64,000 bases of DNA from Octopus sinensis (lineage: Eukaryota). Below the pieces are notes generated by a model. The model did not search any database. It saw only the letters and a program-made list of their open reading frames with translations, and was not told the DNA's origin. Location: contig NW_021832384.1 in assembly GCF_006345805.1 (NCBI RefSeq), forward strand, positions 131,238-195,237, given 5' to 3'. Each line of letters begins with the position of its first letter. Positions within the stretch are counted from its first letter, which is position 1. The translations under genes and the position numbers were made by a program. Shown in pieces: positions 13,296-25,350 of the stretch.

Positions 13296-14737
13296 TATAC
13301 AAATTGAGATAGGGGTTGTAAATGCAACCCTACATGGGATAACATATATCCAATATACTGCTAGTGAAGTACCCAACAAAGTTAATACATAAATGTTAAG
13401 GATTGCGATGCAATCAATTCATTTACTGTATTATATGGGCAAAGGTAAAATGATTTACCACAAATTACTAATACAAGATAAGAAAATGGAGAAATACATC
13501 TAAATTAATTATCAATTACCAGATAATACTCTATCACATACTTTATTAAACCACCACATAAGAGAATGTAGGGTTAAACATAAAAAAGCAGAACAAATCA
13601 GTGTACATAAAGGAATGTACATAAAAAAGTGTACATAAAAGAGTAATGTTGTATAATAAGTAGAATATATATAAAAAAGAGAATATAAATATAAGTAAAT
13701 ATAAATATAAGTATAGATTACATCTTACAGCTGTTTCGGCCATGTAGATAAGTATGTCTCATTTTACCAATATTAGCCTTTTATGGTAGGTCAATATATA
13801 GATATAAATGAGACATTTACAAAAATATCATAAGGCCTCCTTGGAGATATACATATACATATGAGTGCATATACTCACACTCCTATACATATAAAAATAT
13901 ACATATACATAATGATGTAAATAAATGATATAAATTAGTAAACATATATATGTTCCACGTCCAATGTTTCAGTTTTTCAACTTAATATTGTGATGATAAA
14001 CATACACATATTAGTACCTAGATGCAAATATACATAGTCAATAGTACATTATATTACTTCCTACTAATTTCCAAAGTGTCATTAAAGTTAGCATCATTAT
14101 CGTTGTCAATACCATTAATGCTACCATTATTATCATTCATAATATTATTAATAACGCTTATATTAGGATCCAAAGTGGCACATATGTATGTCCGGGTTCC
14201 AGTTAGTAATTTTCTTTATGACATAAATTACACTATTGGATTTGAATTTAAATTATCATTGTCTTCATCACGGTTGGTCCGCTGAGAGTCGCCCGACCTC
14301 CACCACACCGCACAAGAAAAACATACACGTCCACATCCAATCCTAAACCCACACGTCCACACAAAAACTCACACACACATGCACACACACCGACACATCC
14401 CTACATATTCACTTGATTGCAGAGTGTATGTCTATCATCGTATGGCTTATAGACAAATCAGTACAGGCAGCGGTGTCTATACACTAACATACACACTCAC
14501 ACGCACATCCGCATATACCCATAAATATTAATACACTCTTATATACTGTGTCAGGGAACATTCGCACACACATATATACATATTTAGATATATATCTGCG
14601 CACTCATACGTACAAATAAAACCTATACTTATATCCACCCATGAATAAATATTCGCATATACATATATACATATCCAAATACGCACCTGTGTACTCATAT
14701 GTATAAGAAAAACATACATCCATACATCCACCCACGA
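13295..14737 (-). mobile_element. Penelope-like pseudo-LTR mosaic (non-coding)
   Basis: Hammerhead-like fold at 13719-13851; AATAAA module 13471-13645 duplicated at 41437-41610. Confidence 0.5.
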
Positions 14738-17700
14738 ACATACCTATCATCATCATCATCATCATCATCATTTAGCGTCCGTTCTCCATGCTAGCATGGG
14801 TTGGACGGTTCAACTGAGGTCTGTGAAGCTGGAAGGCTTCATCAGGCCCAGTCAGATCTGGCAGTGTTTCTACGGCTGGATGCCCTTCCTAACGCCAACC
14901 ACTCCGTGAGTGTAGTGGGTGCTTTTTACGTGCCACCTGCACAGGTGCCAGACAGAGCTGGCAAACGGCCACGAACGGATGGTGCTTTTACGTGTCACCG
15001 GCACGGGGCCAGGCGAGGCTGGCAACGGACACGAACGGATGGTGCTTTTACGTGCCACCAACACGGGGGCCAGACAGAGCTGGCAAACGGCCACGAACGG
15101 ATGGTGCTTTTACGTGTCACCGGCACGGGGGCCAGGCGAGGCTGGCAACGGGCACGAACGGATGGTGCTTTTACATGCCACCGACACGGGGGCCAGACAG
15201 GGCTGGCAAACGGATGGTGCTTTTACATGTCACCGGCACGGGGCCAGGCGAGGCTGGCAACGGACACGAACGGATGGTGCTTTTACATGTCACCGACATG
15301 GGGGCCAGACAGGGCTGGCAAACGGCCACGAACGGATGGTGCTTTTACGTGTCACCGGCACGGGGGCCAGACAGAGCTGGGAAACGGCCACGAACGGATG
15401 GTGCTTTTACGTGTCACCGGCACGGGGGCCAGACAGAGCTGGCAAACGGCCACAAACGGATGGTACTTTTACGTGTCACCGGCACGGGGCCAGGCCAGGC
15501 TGGCAACGAACACGAACGGATGGTGCTTTTACGTGCCACCTACACGGGGGCCAGACAGGGCTGGCGAACGGCTACGAACGGATGGTACTTTTACGTGTCA
15601 CCTGCACGGGGGCCCTGATGTTGATCGACCTCAATTTGGTTTGATCTTGATTTTGACTTCTCACTGGTCTTGCCGGGTTTTCTCACGCACAGCATACCTC
15701 CAAAGGTCTCGGTCACTGGTCATTTCCTTGGTGAGACCTAAAGTTCGAAGGTCGTGCTTCACCGCCTCGACCCAGGTTTTCCTGGGTCTACCTCTTCCAC
15801 AGGTCCCCTCAACTGCCAGGGTGTGGCACTTTCGCACACAACTATCTTCAGCCATTCTCATCACATGACCATACCAGCGCATACGTCTCTCTTGCACACA
15901 ACAACTGATACTTCTTAGGTTCAACTTTTCTCTCAAGGTACTTACACTCTGTCGATTATGAACACTGACGTTACACATCCATCGGAGCATACTAGCTTCA
16001 TTTCTTGCGAGCTTACGCAAATCCTCAGCAGTCACAGCCCAAGTTTCACTACCATGCAGCATGGCTGTACGTACACATGCATCATACAGTCTGCCTTTTA
16101 CTTTGAGCGAGAGGCCTTTTGTCACCAGCAGAGGTAAGAGCTCTCTAAACTTTGCCCAGGCTATTCTTACTCTAGCAGTTATACTCTCAGCGCACCCGCC
16201 CCCGCTACTGACTTGGTCACCTAGGTAACGGAAACTATCAACTACTTCTAGCTTTTCTCCCTGGAAAGTGACGGAAGTTGGTCTCAGAGCATCTTCAGTG
16301 TTAATTGTTCCTGAGCATCTGCCACATACAAAAACCATCTTCCTAGTTAGCCTTCCTTTGACATTGCTGCACCTCTTATGTGTCCATAGCTTACACTTGG
16401 TGCATCTTATAGAGTTTCTACCTACACCTTTTCTACAGATCGAGCAGGGCCATCTACCTGAAGGCGTTTGTGATTGGTCTACCTTCCTACTTATTAGGAC
16501 TTTGGTTTTGGCTAGGTTGATTCTAAGGCCCTTCGATTCTAAACCTTGTTTCCATACCTGAAACTTCTCCTCTAGTTCTGATAGAGACTCAGCAATTAGA
16601 GCAAGGTCATCAGCATAGAGGAGCTCCCAGGGGCATCCTGTCTTGAATTCCTCCGTTATTGCCTGGAGGACTATGATAAATAGGAGGGGACTGAGGACTG
16701 AACCTTGGTGGACCCCAACCTCTACTCTGAATTCTTCACTGTACTCGGTGCCAACCATCACCTTACTAGCAGCGTCTCTGTACATGGCTTGTACAGCTTT
16801 CACTAACCATTCATCTATCCCTAGTTTCCTCATTGACCACCAGATGAGGGATCGGGGGACCCTGTCGAAGGCTTTCTCCATATCAACAAAAGCCAGGTAT
16901 AGGGGATTGTCTTTGGCTAGGTATTTCTCTTGCAGCTGTCTTACCATGAAAATAGCACGAACCCAAACTGCATCTGATCTAGGCTAACTCTCTCTCTAAT
17001 TAGTTGGGCTATAACCCTCTCCGTAACCTTCATTACCTGATCCAGCAGCTTGATACCCCTGTAGTTATTTGTATCTAGGGCGTCACCTTTACCTTTGTAG
17101 CAGCTGACTATTATGCTGCTACACCAGTCATTGGGAATGACTCCTTCGTGTATCACCTGGTTAACTATACGGGTGACTAGGCTATAGCCGACACTACCAG
17201 ATATTTTGAGCATCTCTGCAGTAATTCCTGATGGGCCTGGGGCTTTCCCTGTTTTCATGCTTTTAATTGCCTTATCTACTAAGGAACTGTCAACTCGGAT
17301 TGCTGGTCCCTCTGTTGGGTCAACATTCGGCAGACTCTCTTTATCCCATTCATTTTCCTCATTCAGCAACCTTTCATAGTGGCTTCTCCAAACCTCTCTC
17401 TTTGCATCCTCATTTAGCGCAAGTGAGCCGTCATCCGTGCGAACACATTTTTCTCCTACCACGTCACGATTCTCTCTCACACACTGTCTTGCTATACGAA
17501 ATACCTCAAGTCTTTCATCCTCACGGCGCAGGACATTGGCAAATTTTTTCCTATCTGCTTCCCCTCTGGCTAAATAAACCTGCCTCCTAGCTTCCCTTCT
17601 TGCAGTCTGATACACTTCCCTGCTACCACCGTTCTTCCAGTCCTTCCAAGCCTGTTTCTTTTGTCTAATAGCCCTGTCAACGGTATTGTTCCACCACCAC

Positions 17701-17852
17701 GTTATTTTGGGTCTTGTGGGGACTTTGCACCAGCCACAGATCTGGTCAGTGGCTTTCAGCAGGTTGTCCCTTAGAAGCGCCCAGTTATCTTCTACCCCAT
17801 GTGTAGCTATGCCCCCTTCTATTTCGTCGAAGGCTTCAAGTAACATGTCTCT
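14738..17852 (-). mobile_element. 5'-truncated RTE-clade LINE (RT domain, no endonuclease), frameshifted
   Basis: ORFs 16941-17912 and 15661-16947 carry NYRGIKLL, QFGF, AFVDMEKAFDRV, GVHQGSVLSPLLF, LLYADDL. The break at ~16950 is a deletion removing the usual PGKSTTDA motif. 3' UTR has ~62-bp tandem units (14940-15600) and a (GAT)n tail. Confidence 0.95.
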
Positions 17853-18916
17853 ACAAAAACATACATATGTACACATACACATTTTCACACACCTCGACAC
17901 CTCAACCCACATCCACTAAATCATATATCCATGTATAGATAAATAGATAAATAAAATGGAATACAAATTAAGAAGAGCACAAAGATAAACCTAATATAGT
18001 AAATATAAGTAGATACACCGAAATGCACCCACATGCACATACATATGCATGCACGCCCCCGCACGGACACATTTTTGTTTATTTGGCACTTACTAACTTA
18101 TAATTAATTTAATTTATAATTAATGAACTTATATCTAAATTAATAGTAACTTCTGTTTACTTTTGTGTATGGATATATACGTCTTTAGATGGGCAGACAT
18201 ATATTTTAATTTATGATTTAGTGGATGTGGGTTGAGGTGTCGAGGTGTGTGAAAATGTGTATGTGTACATATGTATGTTTTTGTACGTATAGGTATGTTC
18301 GTGGGTGGATGTACGGATGTATGTTTTTCTTATACATATGAATACGCAGGTACGTATTTGGATATGTATATATATATATGCGAATATTTATTCATTGGTG
18401 GATATAAGTATAGGTTTTATTTGTACATATGAGTGCGCAGATATATATTTAAATATGTATATATGTGTGTGCGAATGTTCCTTGACACAGGATGTGTGGA
18501 AATGATTGTCGTACTGAATAAAGACTAGAGCTAAATCTATCTTCCGTTTCCTTCATCAGTTATTATTATCTCAACTAACACTGGATAATTCCTGATGTAA
18601 ATCCAAAGGAAATATACCCATCTGTGGATGACACCAGGTAACCTAAACTGTGGAACGTGCTTTACTCAGCACACTAATTGACTTATATCCATTAGTCCAA
18701 AAAATTTCACACACACACACACATACACCTATGTATATCAATAAAATGAATAGTAGACAAAATAACAGGTTTGTTATATTTGACTAAAAACCCTGGAAGG
18801 CAATTTTTAGTCAAATACACCAAACCTATTATTTTCTATGCTATTTAGTCTAATGACTGAAGCCATTAGTGAAAGAACAAAATTACTAATAATATCTTTC
18901 TACCTTTATATTTCAG

Positions 18917-18978
18917 GCAAAAGGAAAATCAGACCACTTCTGGATCATCAGTATACTAGAATCTCAACAACAGATTAG
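18917..18978 (+). CDS. WDHD1: WDHD1 exon
   Basis: ttcAG|GCA...AG|GTaaat; AKGKSDHFWIISILESQQQI, cf. KGKSDHYWVVG; phase 0 to 2. Confidence 0.93.
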
Positions 18979-20232
18979 GTAAATGTTATCTATATTCTCT
19001 CATTCTCTCATTCTGTCTGAACGTCTCTGTGTAATTGGCTAGCTGTCTGCCAGCTCACTTTCATTATTGATTGAATTACTTTGATGGTGGTTCTGTCTCT
19101 TAATCCTATATATCTTTATATGTATATATATCTATGTATATATATCTATGTGTATATATATATATATATATAATATATATATATATAGGCGCAGGAGTGG
19201 CTATGTGGTAAGTAGCTTGTTTACCAACCACATGGTTCCGGGTTCAGTCCCACTGAGTGGCACCTTGGGCAAGTGTCTTCTACTATAGCCTCAGGCCGAC
19301 CAAAGCCTTGTGAGTGGATTTCGTAGACGGAAACTGAAAGAAGGCCGTCGTATATATGTATATGTATATACATGTATGTTTGTGTGTCTGTGTTTGTCCC
19401 CACAACATTGCTTGACAACCGATGCTGGTGTGTTTACGTCAGGTGGTGCTCCAGTATGGCCGCAGTCAAATGACTGAAACAAGTAAAAGTAAAAAAAGGT
19501 AACAAAATTTTATGTGGACCCCCCCCCCCCCCCCCCGCCAAAGAAAAAGGCCATACGAACCCTGGTTGAAAACTACTGCTCTTGAGAAGCCTAATGTACA
19601 ACCCAAGTTCCTGTATGACTCGTATCTGAAGTGCTGTTGCTACTAGAATGTGAAACAGTGAGATTAATTCTGTGTTGTTACTTGATGTTGTTGACTAGAT
19701 GCCAAATCTTTTTCAAGACAGCTTGTTGTCTAATACAAAACACGGACAGATACATTGAGTAATGTTGTCCAAGATACACCTATGATTGGAAAAACAAAAG
19801 ACAGGATTGTCACAGCTGGAATGCTCTTGATCATAATTTTCAATTTGATAGGGTCGTTTTGGCTAAAATAACATTTTAGACCAGCGTTTATTATCCTGAG
19901 GGTATGTAGACTCCTGAAGGTCTATGGATACCTGGGAGTCCACAAAGAAAGCAGTGATTGGTCCATGAGCTAAGTTCACAATTTGTTGAGTGGGCAGATC
20001 TTTCAAAAGTCTGTAATTAAAGAGAAAATTTAATAAATGGATAATGACATGGTTGAATTCCATGGCTCTAGACCACACTCCCAATAGGAAACTTGTTCAC
20101 TTGACTGATTGGCAAACCTTTAGTCCCCTGTGGCAAAAGTTTAAGTGGGTCAAAGTGGCCTAGTTGTCTCAGCTTTTTGTTCCTTTAAAAAATCTTTGTT
20201 CTTCCTTCTTTATCTCTCTCTCTTTATTTCAG

Positions 20233-20347
20233 ATGTATCCCCTGTAAAGGTTCTCGGTTTCCACCAACTCTTCCACGTCCTACGTTGAGAATGTTACCTC
20301 TGCAGATACCCATGTGTGAGCTCAGCACAGAGAAGAGCCAATATGAA
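20233..20347 (+). CDS. WDHD1: WDHD1 exon
   Basis: ttcAG|A...GAA|GTatgt; (R)CIPCKGSRFPPTLPRPTLRMLPLQIPMCELSTEKSQYE, containing the hallmark CIPCKGSRFPPTLPRP; phase 2 to 0. Confidence 0.96.
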
Positions 20348-20432
20348 GTATGTTTAGTGTTGTCGTTTACTTTCACTTTCGTTTTGTACACTTAACTTAA
20401 TCTTTTTCTCAAATGGGGTTAAATCAAATGTT

Positions 20433-21065
20433 GGATCTTTACCTTTTGACCAACAGATTTAAAAAATAATTTTTTGCAACTAAACACTTTAAAACTTCGG
20501 ACACTGGTAGAATATGTCATATAAAACATCTTTTACTCTTAGCATTTTTGAGAAAAACTTATATTTATGAAGTTATTTCACGTTAAAGTTGTTCTATTTC
20601 AGTAATTTCAACCAATCAATGACGTGTATTCAGCTGAATAAAATTACTGCTGTTGTTTGTCTACAAGAACTTCCGGCGGTGTATATTTCGTTTGTCACTG
20701 ATATTTATGACAACCCTAACCCTAAAACCCTAACCTAAAACCTTAACCTTAACCCCTTAAAGCTAAAACCAGTACAAACACATGAATGATGTCATGAATA
20801 ACAGTGACAAACAAAAAATACACCGCCGATAGTTGTTGACAAACAATGGCAGTACTTTATTCAGCTGAATACACATCATTGATTGGTTGAAATTACCGAA
20901 ATACGAGAACTTTAACGTGAAATAACTTCCTAAATATAAGCTTTTCTCAAAAATGCTTAGAGCAAAAGATGTTTTATATGATACATTCTACCAGTATATG
21001 AAGTTTGAAAGTGTTTAGTTACAAAAAATTATTTTTTAAATCTGTTGGTCAAATGGGAAAGATCC
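20433..21065. mobile_element. Foldback MITE with ~280-bp TIRs and telomere-like core
   Basis: GGATCTTTACCTTTTGACCAACAG...CTGTTGGTCAAATGGGAAAGATCC; flanks caaatgtt/caaatgtc (7/8 TSD); degenerate (CCCTAA)n at 20712-20760. Confidence 0.85.
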
Positions 21066-21117
21066 CAAATGTCAATTTTCACATTTACACATTTACAATT
21101 TTCACATTTACATAGAA

Positions 21118-22062
21118 TCATCATCATCATCGTTTAACATCCGTTTTCCATGCTGGCATGGGTTGGATGGTTCGACTGGGGTCTGGGAAGCCAGGAGGCT
21201 GCACCAGGCCCTAATCTGATCTGTCAGTGTTTCTGCAGCTGGATGCCCTTCCTAACGCCAACCACTCCAAGAGTGTAGTGGGTGCTTTTTATGTGCCACT
21301 GGCACAAGGGGCCAGAGGAGCTGGCATCAACCATGATCGGATGGTGCTTTTTACATGCCACTGGCACGGAAGCCAGTCAAGGCTGCGCATTGGCCACGTT
21401 TGGATGGTACTTTTTACGTGCTACCGGAATGGGGCTCACAACTGCAATTTCCATTTGATTTGATTTTGATATTGCTGATGTTGATGTACTTGACTCAATA
21501 GGTCTCCTCAAGCATGGCGTGTCGCCCTATGATCCAAGATACTTTTAAGTGGGCTGGTTATGTGACACTAGTGTAGGTTACTGCTGTGGACTCACTTCAT
21601 TTGCTGGGTCTTCTCAGTCACAGCATACCTCCAGAGGTCTCGTCTTTTGTCATTGCCTCTATGAGTCCCAACGTTTAAAGGTCATGCTTCACCACCTCAT
21701 TCCATGTTTTCCTGGGTCTCCCTCTACCCTGGATTCCTTCCACTGTTTGGGACTGGCACTTCTTCACACAGCTCTCCTCATCCATCCACAGTACATGACC
21801 ATACCAATGCAAATGTCTCTCTTGCATGCCACATCCGATGCTTCTTATGTCTAACATTTCTCTCAGGGCGCTTACACTCTGTTGTGTGTGCACATTGACA
21901 TTACACATCCAGCGGATCATGCTAGCTTCATTTCTTTTGAGTCTACGTGAAGCATGGCAGTTTGCACACATGCATCATACAATCTACCTTTCACCTTGAG
22001 CAAGAGGCCCTTTGTCACCAGTAGGGGTGGAAGCTTTCTGAACTTTGCCCAGGCTGAACTGA
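21118..22062 (-). mobile_element. Decayed RTE LINE 3' fragment
   Basis: RNEASMIRWMCNV...GRGRPRKTWNEVVKHDL remnant plus 3' UTR and (GAT)n tail; further 3' fragments at 12677-12873(+), 36699-37435(-), 42672-42849(+). Confidence 0.88.
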
Positions 22063-22244
22063 TGTACGAGTAAACAAATAGATAAAGAGTTAACTAGGTG
22101 GGCATATAAATTAATATACTGATCATTCATTGATTTAGACCGTGGTCGAGACAATGGAATTTACCATGCTACGCCAGACTTCACGGCCCGTCATAGCATT
22201 ACGGAGGTCCTGTTGCTGGATGCCTGTATCCCTGGATACAGGCA

Positions 22245-22662
22245 TCCAGGCGAGCTGGCAGAATCGTTAGCACGCCGGGCGAAATGCTTAGCGGTATTTC
22301 GTCTGCCGTTACGTTCTGAGTTCAAATTCTGCCGAGGTCGACTTTGCCTTTCATCCTTTCGGGGTCGATTAAATAAGTACCAGTTACGCACTGGGGTCGA
22401 TATGATCGACTTAATCCGTTTGTCTGTCCTTGTTCGTCCTCCCTGTGTTTAGCCCCTTGTGGGTAGTAAAGAAATAGGTATTTCATCTGCTGCTATGTTC
22501 TGAGTTCAAATTCCGCCGAGGTCGACTTTGCCTTTCATCCTTTTGGGGTCGATTAAATAAGTACCAGTTACGCAGTGGGGTCGATATGATCGACTTAATC
22601 CGTTTGTCTGTCCTTGTTCGTCCTCTCTGTGTTTGGCCCCTTGTGGCTAGTAAAGAAATAGG
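22245..22662 (+). mobile_element. Family B SINE dimer (184-bp second unit)
   Basis: ggtatttc anchors at 22293 and 22477; junction aaagaaata|ggtatttc. Confidence 0.88.
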
Positions 22663-22773
22663 ATGCCTGTATCCCTGGAGATTACATCAGGGTAGGAGAG
22701 TGTGCGCCCTCTGGTATCTGCCCAGGTGTTAATATAGTTTTTTTGTTTTTTTTTGTTTTTCACTCTGTTTCAG

Positions 22774-22905
22774 GAGAAGTTTAGGCGTCTGAGTTTTGTT
22801 CAAAGTGCAATTGACCAGTGTGTTCAGCAGGGTGAAGAGGTGGACACCAGATATCAAGAGGAAGCTGTGAGGGGAATGAAAGAAGAACTCATGAAGTCGT
22901 TTGCT
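22774..22905 (+). CDS. WDHD1: WDHD1 exon
   Basis: ttcAG|GAG...GCT|GTaagt; EKFRRLSFVQSAIDQCVQQGEEVDTRYQEEAVRGMKEELMKSFA; phase 0 to 0. Confidence 0.9.
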
Positions 22906-22924
22906 GTAAGTTTTTAACTGTTGC

Positions 22925-23230
22925 CTTTCTATTTCTATCTCTTTCTGTCTCATTTACTGTCTGTCTCATTTACTGTCTGTCTCATTTACTGTCTGTCTCA
23001 TTTACTATTTGTCTGTCTCATTTACTATTTGTCTGTCTCATTTACTATTTGTCTGTCTCATTTACTATTTGTCTGTCTCATTTGCTGTCTGTCTGTCTCA
23101 TTTACTATTTGTCTGTCTCATTTACTGTTTCTCTGCCTCATTTATGGTCTGTGTGTCTGTCTCAATTTCTGTTAGTTTCTCAACTGTCTGAGTGTATGTG
23201 TGTGTATAAAATATATCTCTGTCTGTCTTA
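22925..23230. repeat. Minisatellite (~16-20 bp, gtctgtctcatttact) plus ~70-bp unique flank
   Basis: Block paralogous to 24760-25350; inverted copy at 25480-25590. Confidence 0.85.
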
Positions 23231-23231
23231 T

Positions 23232-23266
<35 letters not shown>

Positions 23267-24147
23267 ATATATATATATATATATATCTCACTTCCTGCCT
23301 ATCTTTTATGTTGTTGTTTTCCCTGCTTGATCTGAATTATGCTCAAGACATTCCAACCATGACTATCCCATCATTTTAGATGTATCTAGGACTACATTAC
23401 CCAAGATAGCCGGATGTAATTTGAGGAAAATTTGGCTACTGTTTCTTGTAGGCTGAACAACCAAGTTACAGACTCTCGTTAAAGTGTGAACTGAGATTTG
23501 GTTACTATGTCTAGCAAGTCAAAAGGCTGCAAAGAAGCTTCTACTTGGGTGTAATTTGTGGAAGATTTAGCTAATATTTCTTGCAGGATCAGAAACCACA
23601 CAGAAACTCCTTGAAGAGTATGATTTGAGGAAGTTTTAGCTACTATTTCCAGCAAATTGAGCAACTACGTTGAGGCTTCTGGTGGAGGTATAATTTGAGC
23701 TGGCAGAAACGTTAGCACGCCGGGTGAAATGCGTAGCCGTATTTCGTCTGTTGTTACGTTCTGAGTTCAAATTCTGCCGAGGTCGACTTTGCCTTTCATC
23801 CTTTCGGGGTTGATAAATTAAGTACCAGTTACGCACTAGGGTCGATGTAATCGACTTAATCCCTTTATCTGTCCTTGTTTGTCCCCTCTGTGTTTAGCTC
23901 CTTGTGGGTAGTAAAGAAATATATAATTTGAGTGAGATTTGGTTACTATTTCTCACTGGTCAAACAAAAGTGTACAAGCTCCTAGTGGCATGCAGTTTAG
24001 TGGGGGTGGTTTAGCTGCTATTTTTAGTACACTGCAAAACTACATAGAGGTTTCCATGTTGGATCAGATTCTCTTGTTTTGTGGTTTTTTTATTTTGTTT
24101 TTGTCTGTGTGTCACTGTTTTCATTCTCTTCAATTTCTGTCTTGTAG

Positions 24148-24484
24148 CTTTCGGTGCGGTCGGAACGAGAATGCAGGGCTCTGGACATATGCGAGATGAT
24201 GCCCGATGAACACACTCTGCAGCTGGCTGTCAAGTATGCAGCGAGACTGATGAGGATGCAACTTGCTGGACGCATCAATGAGATGGCTCACAAGCGGCGA
24301 ATGGCGGAAGAGATGCGTCTTTTGAAGAGGAAGTTCAAAGCATCATACGGCTATGGAGTTCTTCTTCTTCTTCTGCTGAAGAAGAAGAAGATGGTGGTGG
24401 TCGTGGCAGTGATAATAATAATGATGATGATGATGATGGTACTGCTGCTGTGCGTAATAGGAAGAAGATTTTGGCTAAACAGAG
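24148..24484 (+). CDS. WDHD1: WDHD1 exon containing an apparent -1 frame discontinuity near 24320-24323
   Basis: tgtAG|CTT; LSVRSERECRALDICEMMPDEHTLQLAVKYAARLMRMQLAGRINEMA matches the helical end of SepB. The strong donor AG|GTaaat at 24485 only phases with the next exon in the shifted frame (EEEVQSIIRLWSSSSSSAEEEEDGGG...KKILAKQ). Confidence 0.8.
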
Positions 24485-24759
24485 GTAAATAGATGGGTTC
24501 AAGATGATGGTGACAAACTAAACTCGATTCTTCAATCAGAATCTTCATCTTTAATTGCATGTAATAATCTAGGGATGTATATTTTCCATTTCGCTCTTTT
24601 ACGAATGTGCTGTATGTTTTTACTGGTTATTCTTGTCCTGTATGAACCTTGTGTGGTAGAATTCTGTGACAAGCGTCTAAAATGTTCCAGCATCAAAACT
24701 GAAGAAGCTCAGGTACATTTCTTCTAGATCTTTACATTCTACATTCAAATTCCATTGGA

Positions 24760-25350
24760 TTTGACTGTCTCATGTACTGTCTGACTGTCTCATGTACTGT
24801 CTGACTGTCTCATGTACTGTCTGACTGTCTCATGTACTGTCTGATGTCTCATTTACTGTCTGTCTATCTTTCTCACTTACTGTCTGTCTGTCTCATTTTC
24901 TGTCTGTCTGTCTCATTTAATGTCTGACTGTCTCATTTAATGTCTGACTGTCTCATTTAATGTCTGACTGTCTCATGTACTGTCTGACTGTCTCATGTAC
25001 TGTCTGACTGTCTCATTTACTGTCTGTCTGTCTCACTTACTGTCTATCTGTCTCACTTACTATCTGTCTGTCTCGTTTAATGTCTGACTGTCTCATTTAC
25101 TGTCTGTCTGTCTCACTTACTGTCTGTCTGTCTCACTGTCTGTCTGTCTGTCTCACTGTCTGTCTGTCTCATTTTCTGTCTGTCTGTCTCATTTACTATC
25201 TGTCTCGTTTAATGTCTGACTGTCTCATGTACTGTCTGACTGTCTCATGTACTGTCTGACTGTCTCATTTACTGTCTGTCTCAATTTTTGTGAGTTTCTC
25301 AACTGCCTGAGTGTGCGTGTGTATAAAATATATCTCTGTCTATCTGTCCT
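24760..25350. repeat. Minisatellite (20-bp gtctgactgtctcatgtact and variants) plus flank
   Basis: Direct tandem units; flank ctcaattt.tgt.agtttctcaactg.ctgagtgt...ataaaatatatctctgtct shared with 23161-23230. Confidence 0.88.

Noticed and set aside
14830-14850. CTGATGA on the - strand in the RTE 3' end
   Set aside because: No downstream GAAA or stems; other RTE copies have ctggtgca at this position.
14801-15868. Long + strand ORFs (355, 241, 208 aa)
   Set aside because: Antisense translations of the RTE tandem array; repetitive peptides only.
19519-19536. C18 run (G-quadruplex potential)
   Set aside because: Homopolymer within a decayed hAT-like end; no further support.
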